Shown here: positions 13,829 to 26,660 of the stretch, piece after piece
Numbering within the stretch: position 1 is the first letter of the stretch
Layout of the letters: each line of letters opens with the position of its first letter
Source: Octopus sinensis
Taxonomy: Eukaryota
Direction: 5' to 3'
Assembly: GCF_006345805.1 (NCBI RefSeq)
Contig: NC_043020.1
Coordinates: 10,602,001-10,666,000 of the forward strand
Length of the DNA: 64,000 nucleotides
Position numbers and translations under genes: made by a program
The notes under the pieces: model-generated
Told to the model about the DNA's origin: nothing
Databases searched by the model: none
The model's input: the letters and a program-made list of their open reading frames with translations, nothing else

Positions 13829-14849
13829 GTATGTATCAATTCTCTATTTACTGTTTTTATCTTTTTGCTGAATTTTATACACATACATTGATCATCATCA
13901 TGATCAATGGTTTTATATCCACTTTTTACGTGCCACCGTAAAATTTCCATTTGATATTTATTTTTAAGTACATCAACATCAAAATAAATATCAAATGGAA
14001 ATTGTAGTTGTGATACCTCTGCTAGTGGTACGTAAAAAGCACCATCTGAACATAGCCGATGCCAGCGCCGCCTTGACTGGCTTCTGTGCCGTGGCACATA
14101 AAAAGCACCAACCGATCGTGGTCGCTGCCAGCCTCCCCTGGCACCTGTACCGGTGGCACATAAAAAGCACCCACTACACTCACGAAGTGGTTGGCGTTAG
14201 GAAGGGCATCCAGCTGTTGAAACACTGCCAGATCAGACTGGATCCTGGTGCAGCCTCCTGGCTTCCCAAACCCCGGTTGAAACGTCCAACCCATGCCAGC
14301 ACGGAAAACGGACGTTAAACAATGATGATGATGATGATTTTCCATGTAATCATACATCATCATCATTGTTTAACGTCCGCTTTCCATGCTGGCATGGGTT
14401 GGACGTTTCAACCGGGGTTTGGGAAGCCAGGAGGCTGCACCAGGCTCCAGTCTGATCTGGCAGTGTTTCTACAGCTGGATGCCCTTCCTAACGCCAACCA
14501 CTCTGAGAGTGTAGTGGGTGCTTTTACATGCCACTGGCACGAGGGCCATTCAGGCGGTACTGGCAAGGCGGCGAGCTGGCAGAAATGTTAGCACGCCAGG
14601 CGAAATGCTTAGCAGTATTTTGTCTGCCGTTACGTTGTGAGTTCGAATTCCTCTGAGGTCGACTTTGCCTTTCATCCTTTCGGGGTCGATAAATTAAGTA
14701 CCAGCTACGCACTGGGGTCGATGTAATCGACTTAATCCGTTTGTCTGACCTTGTTTGTCCTCTCTGTGTTTAGCTCCTTGTGGGTAGTAAAGAAATAGGT
14801 ACTGGCAACAGCCATACTCGAATGGTGTTTTTTACTTCTTAAAAAACAG

Positions 14850-15495
14850 AAGCCAAGCTGTAGCAGCTGATGGAACCCTCTCCAAGGAAATAGTAATAGA
14901 AAGTGGAGCGCATCAGGGAACTATGTTGGGATTGTTGCTGTTCACAGTGGCTTTTTCAGATATGCCATCAATTACACAGAAAGCCACATTTCCTAGCTAC
15001 GCCAACAATTCGAAAGAGTTCTGAAGCTAATCTTCTACAGAAAAACCTAGATGCCATATATAAATGGGCTGAGGACAATAACATGCAATTCAATGCAGGC
15101 AAATTCCAAGCCCTCCCCTACCAGCTAAGTGGTGCTCAGAAGTTGTAACAACAATACTCTGGACCAAAAGGAGTTGCAATCTCAGAATCACATACAGTGT
15201 GTGATCTTGGGATTGATATGAGCAACGATGCCTTGTTTCACATGCATATCAGCAAGATGTGGCAGTTTGCAGTTGAATGGCCAGATGGATTCTGAGAACC
15301 TTCAGAATAAGGACCAGGAAACTATGTTGGTTCTATGGAGGACATTTCTCCTCAGCTGTCTGGACTACTGCTCTCAACTGTGGTCACCTTACAGTGCCAG
15401 ATTAATAGCAGAACTTGAGGTGGTTCAGCGACGCTACACAAGGAAGATTGCATCAGTGGAACAACTGAGCTACTGGGAGATACTGAAAGAGCTAT
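14850..15495 (+). mobile_element. Decayed CR1/Jockey-group RT fragment
   Basis: LQKNLDAIYKWAEDNNMQFNAGKFQ and LDYCSQLWSP...LEVVQRRYTR motifs, with frameshifts. Confidence 0.8.
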
Positions 15496-15524
15496 TTAGG
15501 CATGCATATGTGCAGGTGTTTGTA

Positions 15525-16088
15525 TTGGGTTGTCCGGAAAGTTCGTGCCGATTTTTAAAGGAAAGAAAAAGGTCAATAAATACTTGCCATTGCATTTTTA
15601 ATCAACCAAATATGAACCATTTTGTTGCACAATGTGTCTCCATCTTTCCTTTAACTTGAAAATACCCTCTTCCCAGAATTGAGGTGGTTTCATGGCAAAG
15701 AATTCATCAAAGTATCTTGTTACATCATCCAAGGAATTGAAATTTTTACCATTAAGACTATTCTGCAGAGACCTGAATAAGTGGAAATCCGAAGGAGCAA
15801 TATCTGGTGAATATGGAGGGTGGGGTAACACATCCCAGCCGAGCTGCAGCAATTTTTGTCTGGTTCCCAAAGCATCAAGTGCTGAAAAGGAACTTTCTTA
15901 TCTTCCATTTTAAAGGTTACAGAATTAACACAGGTTATAGGAACATAAGCCTTCTTCCATGAAAAGATAGCTTAAACTGTGCTCTAAATGGAGGTGTAGT
16001 CAATCCTATTTTATGGACTCAACCATGTTCTAAAATAAGTCGAAAGCTAAGCTACTATAAATCGGCACGAACTTTCCGGACAACTCAA
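15525..16088 (-). mobile_element. Internally deleted mariner transposon
   Basis: ~30-bp TIRs (ttgggttgtccggaaagttcgtgccgattt / aaatcggcacgaactttccggacaactcaa), TA TSD, and the transposase C-terminus HPPYSPDIAPSDFHLF at 15598-15870. Confidence 0.93.
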
Positions 16089-16785
16089 TACCTTTTCATC
16101 TTGACATTGTGTGAATGTTGTAAGCAAGTGACACATAAGAGTGTTGTCATTTGTATCCAAACTTCTGTGAAAACCTGTCAAGCCATGGAGAAATATTATC
16201 TTGCTTGGAAACAATTAAGTGTTAGCAACAGGATGAGCGTCCAGCCATGGAAAATCTGCTTCAACAAATTTTGTCCAATCCATGCTTACATGTAAAAGTG
16301 GATGTAAAAATGATGATGACTAATCGATTAGATTAGGTATGGTGACACAAATGGGGTCCTGCTCTGTCATTTCAACCTGACCCAACTCAAATTCTGGCCA
16401 CCATTTACGGTTTCTGTGCACAAAAGAGCAATTTTTGGGGTTGCTGTGTACTTTATTCCAATGTGGTAACTGAAAGAATTCACTGATTCTTACAGACAAA
16501 AAAAAAGAAAAAAACTCCATGGAAACGTGTCTAACCAGAGTTTGTTTCAACAAACCAGTTAACCCTCTATTTTATGCTACAAAGAATATATTTTTCTTTT
16601 GAATAATATACGAACTTCATGCTGTTGTACATGTCTATAGTACGTCTGGATGAAGTGACTTTATACACTTGAGAAAACAAAAAAATGTAGGTCAATTTTA
16701 TATTCAATTCTTATAATTAGTTTTGTTTTTTCTTGGTAATTTCCTTGACAACACCAACTGTTAACAATTTTTACAATATTTACAG

Positions 16786-16889
16786 CACCAATACATCGAA
16801 TCAAATACAGTTTATTCAACAATCTCTACAAGCTTCTACTTCCTAAAATATCGACAGCTGCGGATCAAAGCCAGGAAGAACTCTGCAAG
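16786..16889 (+). CDS. dachs: Dachs-like myosin exon (PIHRIKYSLFNNLYKLLLPKISTAADQSQEELCK)
   Basis: tttacAG/GTgaat. Corresponds to the myosin P.R....F..RY..L converter entry. Phases 1 to 0. Confidence 0.88.
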
Positions 16890-17785
16890 GTGAATATTCC
16901 CTGTTTTAATTCTTGTTTGTTGTCATTAAGCATTGATTTCTAATATTGGCAAAAACCGATTTGGTGGAACAAAAGAGTCACTTAAATTAATACCAGTATT
17001 TGACTGGAATTTTATTTTATTGATCCTAGTTGGACTTGAACTCAGAACATAGAAACTTACCAGTGGACAGAAGAATGTATTATTTGCATGAGACAAAGAT
17101 AACATCCCCATCACTGAAGAAGTGCCATGCGAAGGCTTACAAGAAGCAAACATTCATCCACAAACAAACATGTTACATGTGACCATCTAATATATATATT
17201 ACATAAAATGCACCATCCGATTGTGGCCGTTGCCAGCCTTGTCTGGACCCCGTGCCGGTGGCACATAAAAAGCACCATCCGATCACGGCCGTTCGCCAGC
17301 CTCATCTGGCACCTGTGCAGGTGGCGCGTAAAAAGCACCCACTACACTCACGGAGTGGTTGGCTTTAGGAAGGGCATCCAGCCGTAGAAACACTGCTAGA
17401 TCAGACTGGGCCTGGTGCAGCCTTCAGACCCCAGTTGAACCGTCCAATCCATACTAGCATGGAAAACGGACGTTAAACGATGATGATGATGATTACATGT
17501 GGCATAATGTAAAAGCATAATGTAATATGTATTACATGTGGCATAATATATGGCATCATGTTAAGATGCCCATGTGGTGTCATGTAAAAGTGCCCATGCA
17601 GTGCCACATAAAAGCATCCAGCATACTCTATAAAGGGGTTGGTGTAGAAATCATGCAAAATAAAGGGGTTGCTGTAGAAATCCTGCAAAATCAGACTGGA
17701 GTCTGGAGCTGCCCCACTGGCTTGCCAGATCTGGTCAATTGTCCAACCCATGCTAGCATGGACAATGGACATTAAATGGTGACAA

Positions 17786-17829
<44 letters not shown>

Positions 17830-18283
17830 GAAATATGTTACAAAAAGAAAATATAAAATACATGTGGAAATGTAAGGGTAAAATATGAAAAATCAACGAA
17901 AATGCACATTGCAAATAAAAAAAGGCTTTTTATGACAGGTAACAACAAATATATACATTTAGATTGACTGAGGTAGTAATAAAAGTCATAAAAGTCATTA
18001 TTATGAGATGATTATAAGATGATAATAAAGTAAGAAAACAAAGCGAACCATGGTTTACACAAAATCTAATCATCGCTTGAAAAACACCGGCTGAATAGCT
18101 TGGCGTAAACCATGGTTCGCTTTGTTTTCTTACTTTATTATCTTATAATCATCTCATAATAATGACTTTTATGACTCTTATTACTACCTCAGTCAATTTA
18201 AATGTATATATTTGTCGTTACCTGTCATAAATAGCCTTTTTTTATTTGCAATGTGCATTTTCCTTGATTTTTCATATATATAT

Positions 18284-18321
<38 letters not shown>

Positions 18322-18785
18322 GTAGAAATATGTTACAAAAAGAAAATATAAAATACATGTGGAAATGTAAGGGTAAAATATGAAAATCAACGAAAATGCA
18401 CATTGCAAATAAAAAAAGGCTTTTTATGACAGGTAACAACAAATATATACATTTAGATTGACTGAGGTAGTAATAAAAGTCATAAAAGTCATTATTATGA
18501 GATGATTATAAGATGATAATAAAGTAAGAAAACAAAGCGAACCATGGTTTACACAAAATCTAATCATCGCTTGAAAAACACCGGCTGAATAGCTTGGCGT
18601 AAACCATGGTTCGCTTTGTTTTCTTACTTTATTATCTTATAATCATCTCATAATAATGACTTTTATGACTCTTATTACTACCTCAGTCAATTTAAATGTA
18701 TATATTTGTCGTTACCTGTCATAAATAGCCTTTTTTTATTTGCAATGTGCATTTTCCTTGATTTTTCATATATATATATATATAT

Positions 18786-20778
18786 ATGAAAAAACAAGTC
18801 AAAAATAGAAAATGCTAAAATAATTTTATAGTGAATCTTTCAGTACCGGTTTCGGTCATTTTGAGACCTTTTCAACTGTAACGATTAAATAATTAAATTT
18901 AGAAAAATTAGAAGAAAAGTTTTTTTAAAGGAATATTTCTATAGTAGTGTTCAGATATGTGGCATTCTGCCTTTCTCTGACTCCCTTGTTTGCACTTGTG
19001 TGTTGGAGGTCGTTGTGAGTTCTTGGTAGGGTAGGAGAAGAAGAAGGCTGAGGAGGAGAGGGGGTGGGGAAATCTGGGAGTGCCCTGATGGTCGTATTTT
19101 GAATGGTCAGTGGCGGCCAGCAGTCGCAGTTCAATTCAGGAAAATATTTCTATTGACTGGCTTGTTTATGGAATTTGCGTAGGCGTTATACTAAAAAACA
19201 TTAGTGACAAGGTTAAGGGGTAGAAGGTGGAGAAGTAGAAGAAGAAGATGACGATGTTGATGATGATGATGATGAAGAAGGAGAAGATGATGATGATGAT
19301 GATGGTGGTGATGATGATAATGATGATGATGAAGAAGAAGAGGAAGAAGAAGAAAAAACAGAGAAGGGAGAATATGAATGGGTGAAAGTATAGCTGTGAT
19401 GGGGCTGATTAGTAATGGATTCTATGGAATGTAATATTTGTGTGTGTATATATTTCTTTTATTCTAAAGTTGAGGTATATTAATTGTTTGTCGTAGACCC
19501 GTTAAGAAGTGGCCTGTATTTTGTAATAAAGAGATTTTCTTTACTTATTCGTTGTCTCGAGGTTGTATCGTCCCTAAATTGGTAGAGGGGGAAAATCCTG
19601 AAGTTTGGTGTTTTTTTGTTGGCGCAAGTACCTATGTGTTGGCTAAAAGCTATTTTTCTGTTTTGGGGAATTTTTATCTGGGATCTGTGCAGGGCCATTC
19701 GTTTACGCAAACCATTTTTTGTTTGGCCTATGTACTGCTCTTGACACCCGGAGCAGGTTAGTGAGTATATTAGGTTCTCCGAAGCACATGTGAAGTTGCT
19801 TTTCACTGTAAACCGTTGTCCCTGGTTGAAGGAGAACTCTGATCCCTCAATTAGATAGTCGCATATCCCGCAATTGGGTCTCCCACAATTTTTTACTGTC
19901 GGCTTCTGTGTTGAAGAGTGAATTCGGGCTTGTGTTAGGAGACTTTTCATGGATCTAGGCTGTCTCTTGCTTTTTATGATCGTGTGTGTTTGGAGGATTG
20001 TGTTCATTCTGTGGTCTTTTTTTAGGAGGGGTATGTTGTGGAGGATGGTGCCGAAGGCTTCGTTATTGAGAGGGTTGTGTGTGGAGATGTATGGTAAGGC
20101 TTTTGGTTGTAAGTTTTTCTTTGATTTGGGATGTCTCAGTTCCTTGATGTTAAGTTGAAGGGCACGTTGAATGCACTTGTCAATAAGTGAAGGTGGATAG
20201 TTCCTGGTGATAAGGGTATCATCATCTTCTCCTTCTCCTTCTTCTTCTTCTTCATCATCATCATCATCATCAACATCGTCATCTTCTTCTTCTACTTCTC
20301 CACCTTCTACCCCTTAACCTTGTCACTAATGTTTTTTAGTATAACGCCTACGCAAATTCCATAAACAAGCCAGTCAATAGAAATATTTTCCTGAATTGAA
20401 CTGCGACTGCTGGCCGCCACTGACCATTCAAAATACGACCATCAGGGCACTCCCAGATTTCCCCACCCCCTCTCCTCCTCAGCCTTCTTCTTCTCCTACC
20501 CTACCAAGAACTCACAACGACCTCCAACACACAAGTGCAAACAAGGGAGTCAGAGAAAGGCAGAATGCCACTTATATCTGAACACTACTATAGAAATATT
20601 CCTTTAAAAAAACTTTTCTTCTAATTTTTCTAAATTTAATTATTTAATCGTTACAGTTGAAAAGGTCTCAAAATGACCGAAACCGGTACTGAAAGATTCA
20701 CTATAAAATTATTTTAGCATTTTCTATTTTTGACTTGTTTTTTCATATATATCAACTCGTGTGTTCCTTTCCACCCTT

Positions 20779-20780
<2 letters not shown>
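18786..20780 (-). mobile_element. 5'-truncated Penelope-like element (Neptune-type) with inverted pLTR
   Basis: Open frame 20220-19480: RNYP thumb, CGRPNCGIC linker, GIY-YIG (NLIYSLTC..C...YIGQT...R..H...E...GLN-like end). 18786-19290 and 20220-20745 are near-perfect inverted copies. Flanked by (TA)n. Confidence 0.92.
20653..20692 (+). ncRNA. Minimal hammerhead motif, U3:A8 variant, in PLE pLTR. Copies at 18841-18879(-), 46201-46238(+), 45874-45911(-, stem II mismatch)
   Basis: CAG-UUGAAAA-GGUC(ucaaaau)GACC-GAAA-CCGG-UA-CUG. Confidence 0.7.
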
Positions 20781-20811
<31 letters not shown>

Positions 20812-20813
<2 letters not shown>

Positions 20814-21092
20814 GGCAATAATGGAGGAATTCAAGATAGGATGCCCCTGGGAGCTCCTCTATGTTGATGATCTTGCTCTAATAGCTGAGTCACTATCAGG
20901 ACTAGAGGAGAAGTTTCAAGTGTGGAAACAAGGATTAGAATCAAAGGGCCTTAGAGTCAACCTAGCTAAAACCATAGTCCTAATAAGTAGGAAGGCAGGC
21001 AAACCACAAATCCCTTCAGGTAGATGGCCCTGCTCGATCTGTAGAAAAGGCGTAGGTAGAAACTCTATAAGATGTACTCAGTGTAACTTGTG
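20812..21092 (+). mobile_element. RTE LINE RT fragment
   Basis: WELLYVDDLALIAES...KGLRVNLAKT, followed by a Cys-rich WPCSICRKGVG segment. Confidence 0.88.
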
Positions 21093-21189
21093 AAAAGTAA
21101 GTAGGGGTGCAAATTTTGATTTTGCACCCACCAAAAATTTTAGGAGGTATGATTACACCCTCTGCAGTCCCTATTCCCAGATCCATATT

Positions 21190-22045
21190 AATCACCAGGA
21201 ACTTTAAGCCCTCTACTACTGCCATGGGGACTCCATAGACAAGCAATGGTCAAAGTATTTTTACTGGTAAACCCAAACCTTCTTCTAAGAAATTCAACCT
21301 TTTCTACAACATTCAACCAGCTCTGATTTCCTTTGATGAGTTGGCATCCTTCATACTGTATTTGAAAACCTTCCCAACCTTCATACTGTATTCGAAAACT
21401 TTCCCAACCTTCATACTGTATTTGAAAACCTTTCCAATCTTCATACTGTATTTGAAAACCTTCCCAACCTTCATACTGTATTTGAAAACCTTCCCAGCCT
21501 TCATACTGTATTTGAAAACCTTCCCAGCCTTCATACTGTATTTGAAAACCTTTCCAACCTTCATACTGTATTTGAAAACCTTCCCAAGACTTCTCACTGC
21601 TTTTTCTTGAAGTAGAACTCATTGGCAACTTTTCCTTTCGTCAAAACTCTCCACTGGGACGTTGTGGGGTTGAAACTCATCCATGTGCACGCCACAAGCT
21701 TCTCTAGTTCATAGAGGATCCACTTAATTTTGTGCACTGTTATAGTCTTTATGAGGTATCTATGAAGGGTCTGATGGGTGGTTATCTTATTCTTGTCCTG
21801 TTTGAGGGGACCTCAGTGCCCTTTCTCTGCTGACTCGATCAGTTTGTTCATTGCTAATTTAAAAAGCGATACCAATATGGTGCACTCAATAATTATTCCC
21901 ACTTCTAGCTGGGGCCAGTCAGACATCAGCTGGTCAAAGTAAACTGTCAACCTCAGCTTGCTGTCATAGTCCATAACCTTCCAAAGCACATGGTATCTCT
22001 AGTGCATCTTTCAACCAGCTTCAGTGTTACTAAGCTGATGGTACT
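21190..22045 (-). mobile_element. Decayed Hero/R2-group non-LTR RT fragment
   Basis: Hand translation of 21960-21815 gives SDWPQLEVGIIIECTILVSLFKLAMN, like the recalled Hero GIITGCTISVxLFALAMN. SLGKVF follows at about 21590. Confidence 0.6.
21348..21587. repeat. 30-bp minisatellite x8 (ccttcatactgtatttgaaaaccttcccaa)
   Basis: Directly visible. Confidence 0.97.
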
Positions 22046-23004
22046 GTCCAAGGCGGCGAGCTGGCAGAAACGTTAGCACGCCGGGCGAAATGCTTAGCAG
22101 TATTTCGTCTGCCACTACATTCTGAGTTCAAATTCTGCTGAGGTCGACTTTGCCTTTCATCCTTTCGGAGTTGATTAAATAAATACCATTTACGCACTGG
22201 GGTCAATATAATCGACTTAATCCGTTTGTCTGTCCTTGTTTGTCCTCTCTGTGTTTAGCCCCTTGTGGGTAGTAAAGAAATAGGTACACAGTTGTGTTAT
22301 AGAAACTTATATAACTTTGGGAAATCCCCAAAAAGAAGAAAACAAATTCAGGTCAAACCATTTATAGAGACACACAATTTGTGTCAGCAAAATATCTTTA
22401 GCATTGCCGAAGCAAACTTGCTGATCATTTGTCAAAGTAATGAACTGAAGGAAGTAATCACAGATTGAGCTATGATTCTAAGTAAAAGGCAGCCAAAGAA
22501 TTGTCCGGATTTAGTCACAGCACAGCCAGATCAACTCTTATACACACACACACACACACACACATCCTTCATCACATCTTTAATTTTGCTTTATTAATTA
22601 GTTGGTGGAACAAGAAGTGGGCATTGACCACAACTTTTCTAAGTTTCCTTATCTGGCTAAAGCCAATTTGATTGACCTTTGATTCATGTAAGCTGATGAC
22701 CGAAGGAAAATGCAAAGAAGTGCATACCATGATGGAAAGATTGAACAAAACGTTTAGAGTAAGACTCAAGATGGGTGAGTCTGGACAGTTTACACAGCTG
22801 TAGTCATAGTAGAAGGAACAGGGAATATATAGAGCATGTTTGTGGGGTCAACTGATGAGTAAATCTTTAGCAAATGTCCTAATAACATTATTTTGACTGT
22901 GGGTGTATAGGATTGCATTAGCCAATGGACTTCTCATTTATGTAATTTGTATTTGATTTGAGGGAGAATTTGGCTACTAACTCTACATTTGGCATTGGTT
23001 GCAG

Positions 23005-23099
23005 AATATTCTTGAACATCTTAAAGAAATCAGTCGCAACTTCAATTTGGAAACCCAAGCGTTCGACTGGATGTTTCGACAACATCACTTACTTTTCAG
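23005..23099 (+). CDS. dachs: Dachs-like myosin exon, converter (NILEHLKEISRNFNLETQAFDWMFRQHHLLF)
   Basis: ttgcAG/GTagtg. Phases 0 to 2 bridge the flanking exons in frame. The W...H..FS pattern is positioned as in the Dachs converter. Confidence 0.82.
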
Positions 23100-23132
23100 G
23101 TAGTGTATAAAATCTGTTTTTATTTTTGCATA

Positions 23133-23183
<51 letters not shown>

Positions 23184-25317
23184 CTCTTTTACTCTTTTAC
23201 TTGTTTCAGTAATTTGACTGCGGCCATGCTGGAGCACCGCCTTTAATCGATCAACTCGACCCCGGGACTTATTCTTTGTAAGCCCAGTACTTATTCTATC
23301 GGTCTTTTTTTGCTGAACCGCTAAGTGACGGGGACATAAACACACCAGCATCGGTTGTCAAGCAATGCTAGGGGGACAAACACAGACACACACACACATA
23401 CATATATACGACGGGCTTCTTTCAGTTTCCGTCAACCAAATCCACTCACAAGGCTTTGGTCGGCCCGAGGCTATAGTAGAAGACACTTGCCCAAGATGCC
23501 ACGCAGTGGGACTGAACCCGGAACCATGTGGTTGGTTAGCAAGCTACTTACCACACAGCCACTCTGCCTATGCAGTGTCATGTAAAAGTGCCCATGTGGG
23601 GCCATGTAAAAGCACCCAGCACACTTTGTAAAGTCGTTGGGGTTAGGAAGGGCATCCAGCCATAGAAACCAGGCCAAATCAGGCTGTAATCTGGTGTAGC
23701 TCCCCAGCTTGCCAGACCTGGTCAAACCATCCAACCCATGCCAACATGGACAACAGATGTAAAATGATGATAGATATATTTAAAGTATCATCATCATTAA
23801 ATGCCCGCTTTTCCATGCTGGCATGGATCAAATAGAATTTGTTGAATCAGATTTTCTAAAACTGGATGCCCTTCCTGTCACTCACTCTCACCTGTTTCCA
23901 GGTAAGGTAATATTGCCCCATGGACAGATTTGTTTTCACAGAAAACTGGAAATTGAATTACACTCATTTACAACCATCACATGATATCAAGATAAGAACA
24001 TACACATATACACACACAGAGAAACATAAATATACATACACATGTGTTTATGCACATATATAATCATATATATACACATACACACATACACGTGTATGTA
24101 TTTAAAAAAAAGTGGGGTGGAGAGGGGAACTAAGCAGATCAAGAATAAAGAAATGAAATTATTTGGTGTGGTCATTTTGGTATGAAATGATGCTAAAAAC
24201 CCTGTTAATGACAAAGGGACCTGGCAGCAAGTCTGCTTGCCAATAGGGTCACAAACATGCACATGTATTTAGTTTTCACACACAGTGTACATGCATACAC
24301 ATACACACATACATACATACTGACACATATATACATATAGATATAAATCCACACATACACATTTTTATACAAGCATATACACATACACACATACATACAT
24401 GCATACATACATACATGATGGCTGCCCCCTCGTTATCGAGTATGGCCATTGCACGAAGCTTAACTGTTATTGGTGCAGTGATCGAATGCGACTTTTATTT
24501 GCTTTTTAAGGCTACAGCCAGCCATTCAGTTGAGACTCACAGCACCATCAACAATCATGAACAATGTTGTTATCGTGCAATGCCTGTGCAAGAAGATTTT
24601 TTTTAAAGTGAGGAAAGGCAACAGCAACAGCAGCCATAATCCAAAAAGAAGAACAAGTCAACATCATCGGTGACCACTGAGCCGCAGGTTTTATGTCGGA
24701 GTTATCCGAGTTACCTTCTCCTAGAAGGATGCCCTAACAAAGGCTAGGAGTCCTTCACTCCCAATGGTTTAACTGAGCGATCGGGTATTCAGTCCAATTA
24801 TTTCTATGACATAATCCTCATCAATGAGGATCATTTTCATTCAAGTAACATTGTATATTTCCAATTTTCTGTGACGAATATGTCTGATTGTGGAGAAATA
24901 TTATTTTCCTTGGAAACAGTTAACAAGAAGCTAATAAAAAACAGGTGTCATCATGTTACCTTTTACCTGAAGGACATGCATCGATAGAAAATCTGTCTCT
25001 ACAAATTCGGTCTGATCCATTCAGCATGAAAAATGGATGCTAAGCTGACAATGTATTTATGTCATTGATCAGTTTTCTTTCAAGATTTCTTGCCAATAGA
25101 GAAAGAGCTGGTTTCTAACCTAGATTCAAGGTTCCTTCATTGGTATTTCAACATCAACAACAGGGTGGGTATGTATGTATGTATGTATGCATGCATGCAT
25201 GTGTGTATGTATGTATGTAATGTATGCATGTATGTATGTGCAGATTTGTATGTTTTGCTTTATGTATGTATTCTCATGCATATAGTTGTATATCTTAGAC
25301 ATGCTCATATATATTTA

Positions 25318-25582
25318 AATGATAAACTTCTGGAAAGTTTAACAGATTTTTACAGTTCCAGTGATGGATTGGATTAGCTTTCTCCTTTCTGGTTTTGAGA
25401 AGCCTAATTTCTCAAGATTGGTATTTAGGTAGTGTGTTACATATCCAAGGGTATAAATCTGAGATTGTAATCTGGATTGAGTAACTGCAGATTTCTCAAT
25501 AGTTCAGTGTGAGTATTCTCTTTTTCGCTGATCTTCAACTTTATTTTAACATCTGCCGGGCAGCTAATTTCCACAACTGTGC
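25318..25582 (-). mobile_element. 3' fragment of R4/Dong-type (RLE) non-LTR element
   Basis: CTVVEISCPAD...K..EK....L.RNLQLL resembles the restriction-like endonuclease C-terminus. Confidence 0.6.
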
Positions 25583-25781
25583 ACATATATGTATGCATGT
25601 TGGTGTGTTTATGTCCCTGAAACTTAGCAGTTTGGCAAAAGAGAATGATAACATAAGTACCAAGCTTAAAAAGAGAAAAAAGAAAACTAAGAACTGGGAT
25701 CAACTTGTTTAACTAAAATTCTTTAAAGCTGTACTCCAGCCTGGCCATTGACTAATGACTGAAACAAGCAAGTAAAAGAAA

Positions 25782-26085
25782 TCTTTATATATAAAACTGA
25801 AGTTGTGTATGTGAGTGTCTGTCTACTCCGATTTATATTCCTTACTCCCACATTTTGCGGTGCAGTTTAACCAAAAGTGGGTATCTTATAGTCGTGATTC
25901 ATATCGAGCCCTTCTGGGTATTAGCGCATGTTTACGATGAGTCTACGATTAAAAAAAAATTTATCATCATTTTTCCGCATTTTAATGCATTTTTTGCTCG
26001 GTTTATATAAAGGAAGTAACTCTCTAAAAATGCTTATATAGTTATTTCCCTTACAAACCCGAGCAACGCCGAGCGATACTGCTAG
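25782..26085 (+). mobile_element. Non-autonomous Helitron
   Basis: A|TC 5' end, subterminal GC-rich imperfect hairpin cccgagcaacgccgag, CTAG|T 3' end. Confidence 0.75.
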
Positions 26086-26613
26086 TAAAATATATAAGCG
26101 ACTTGAGCTATAACTGTGTGTTGAAACTGCAGCTATTACATCAAGAAAGAAATGTTTAAGACGTGTGAAAAGACACACAAAGTATCTTTAGAAATTGTTT
26201 ATTATTTCTTTGGTGAGATGTCGAAATTTAATTGAAAATTTGGTGAACTCGTGTGCTTGAGAAAAAGCTAGTTATCACAGAGACAAAGTCATATCTGTTT
26301 ATAACATCTCTGTAACTGGTAAGAGGCTTCTGCAAAGCAAATAATATTAATACACATGACACATATACACAGCAAGAAATAATTATAAATGGAGATTTGT
26401 TTGAAGTGAGGTTGGCACTAGTTGGGTGCTTCACAATTCTTTACATAGGCGCAGGAGTGGCTGTGTGGTAAGTAGCTTGCTTACCAGCCACATGGTTCCG
26501 GATTCAGTCCCACTGCGTGGCACCTTGGGCAAGTGTCTTCTACTATAGCCTCGGGCCGACCAAAGCCTTGTGAGTGGATTTGGTAGATGGAAACTGAAAA
26601 GAAGCCCGTCGTA

Positions 26614-26660
<47 letters not shown>

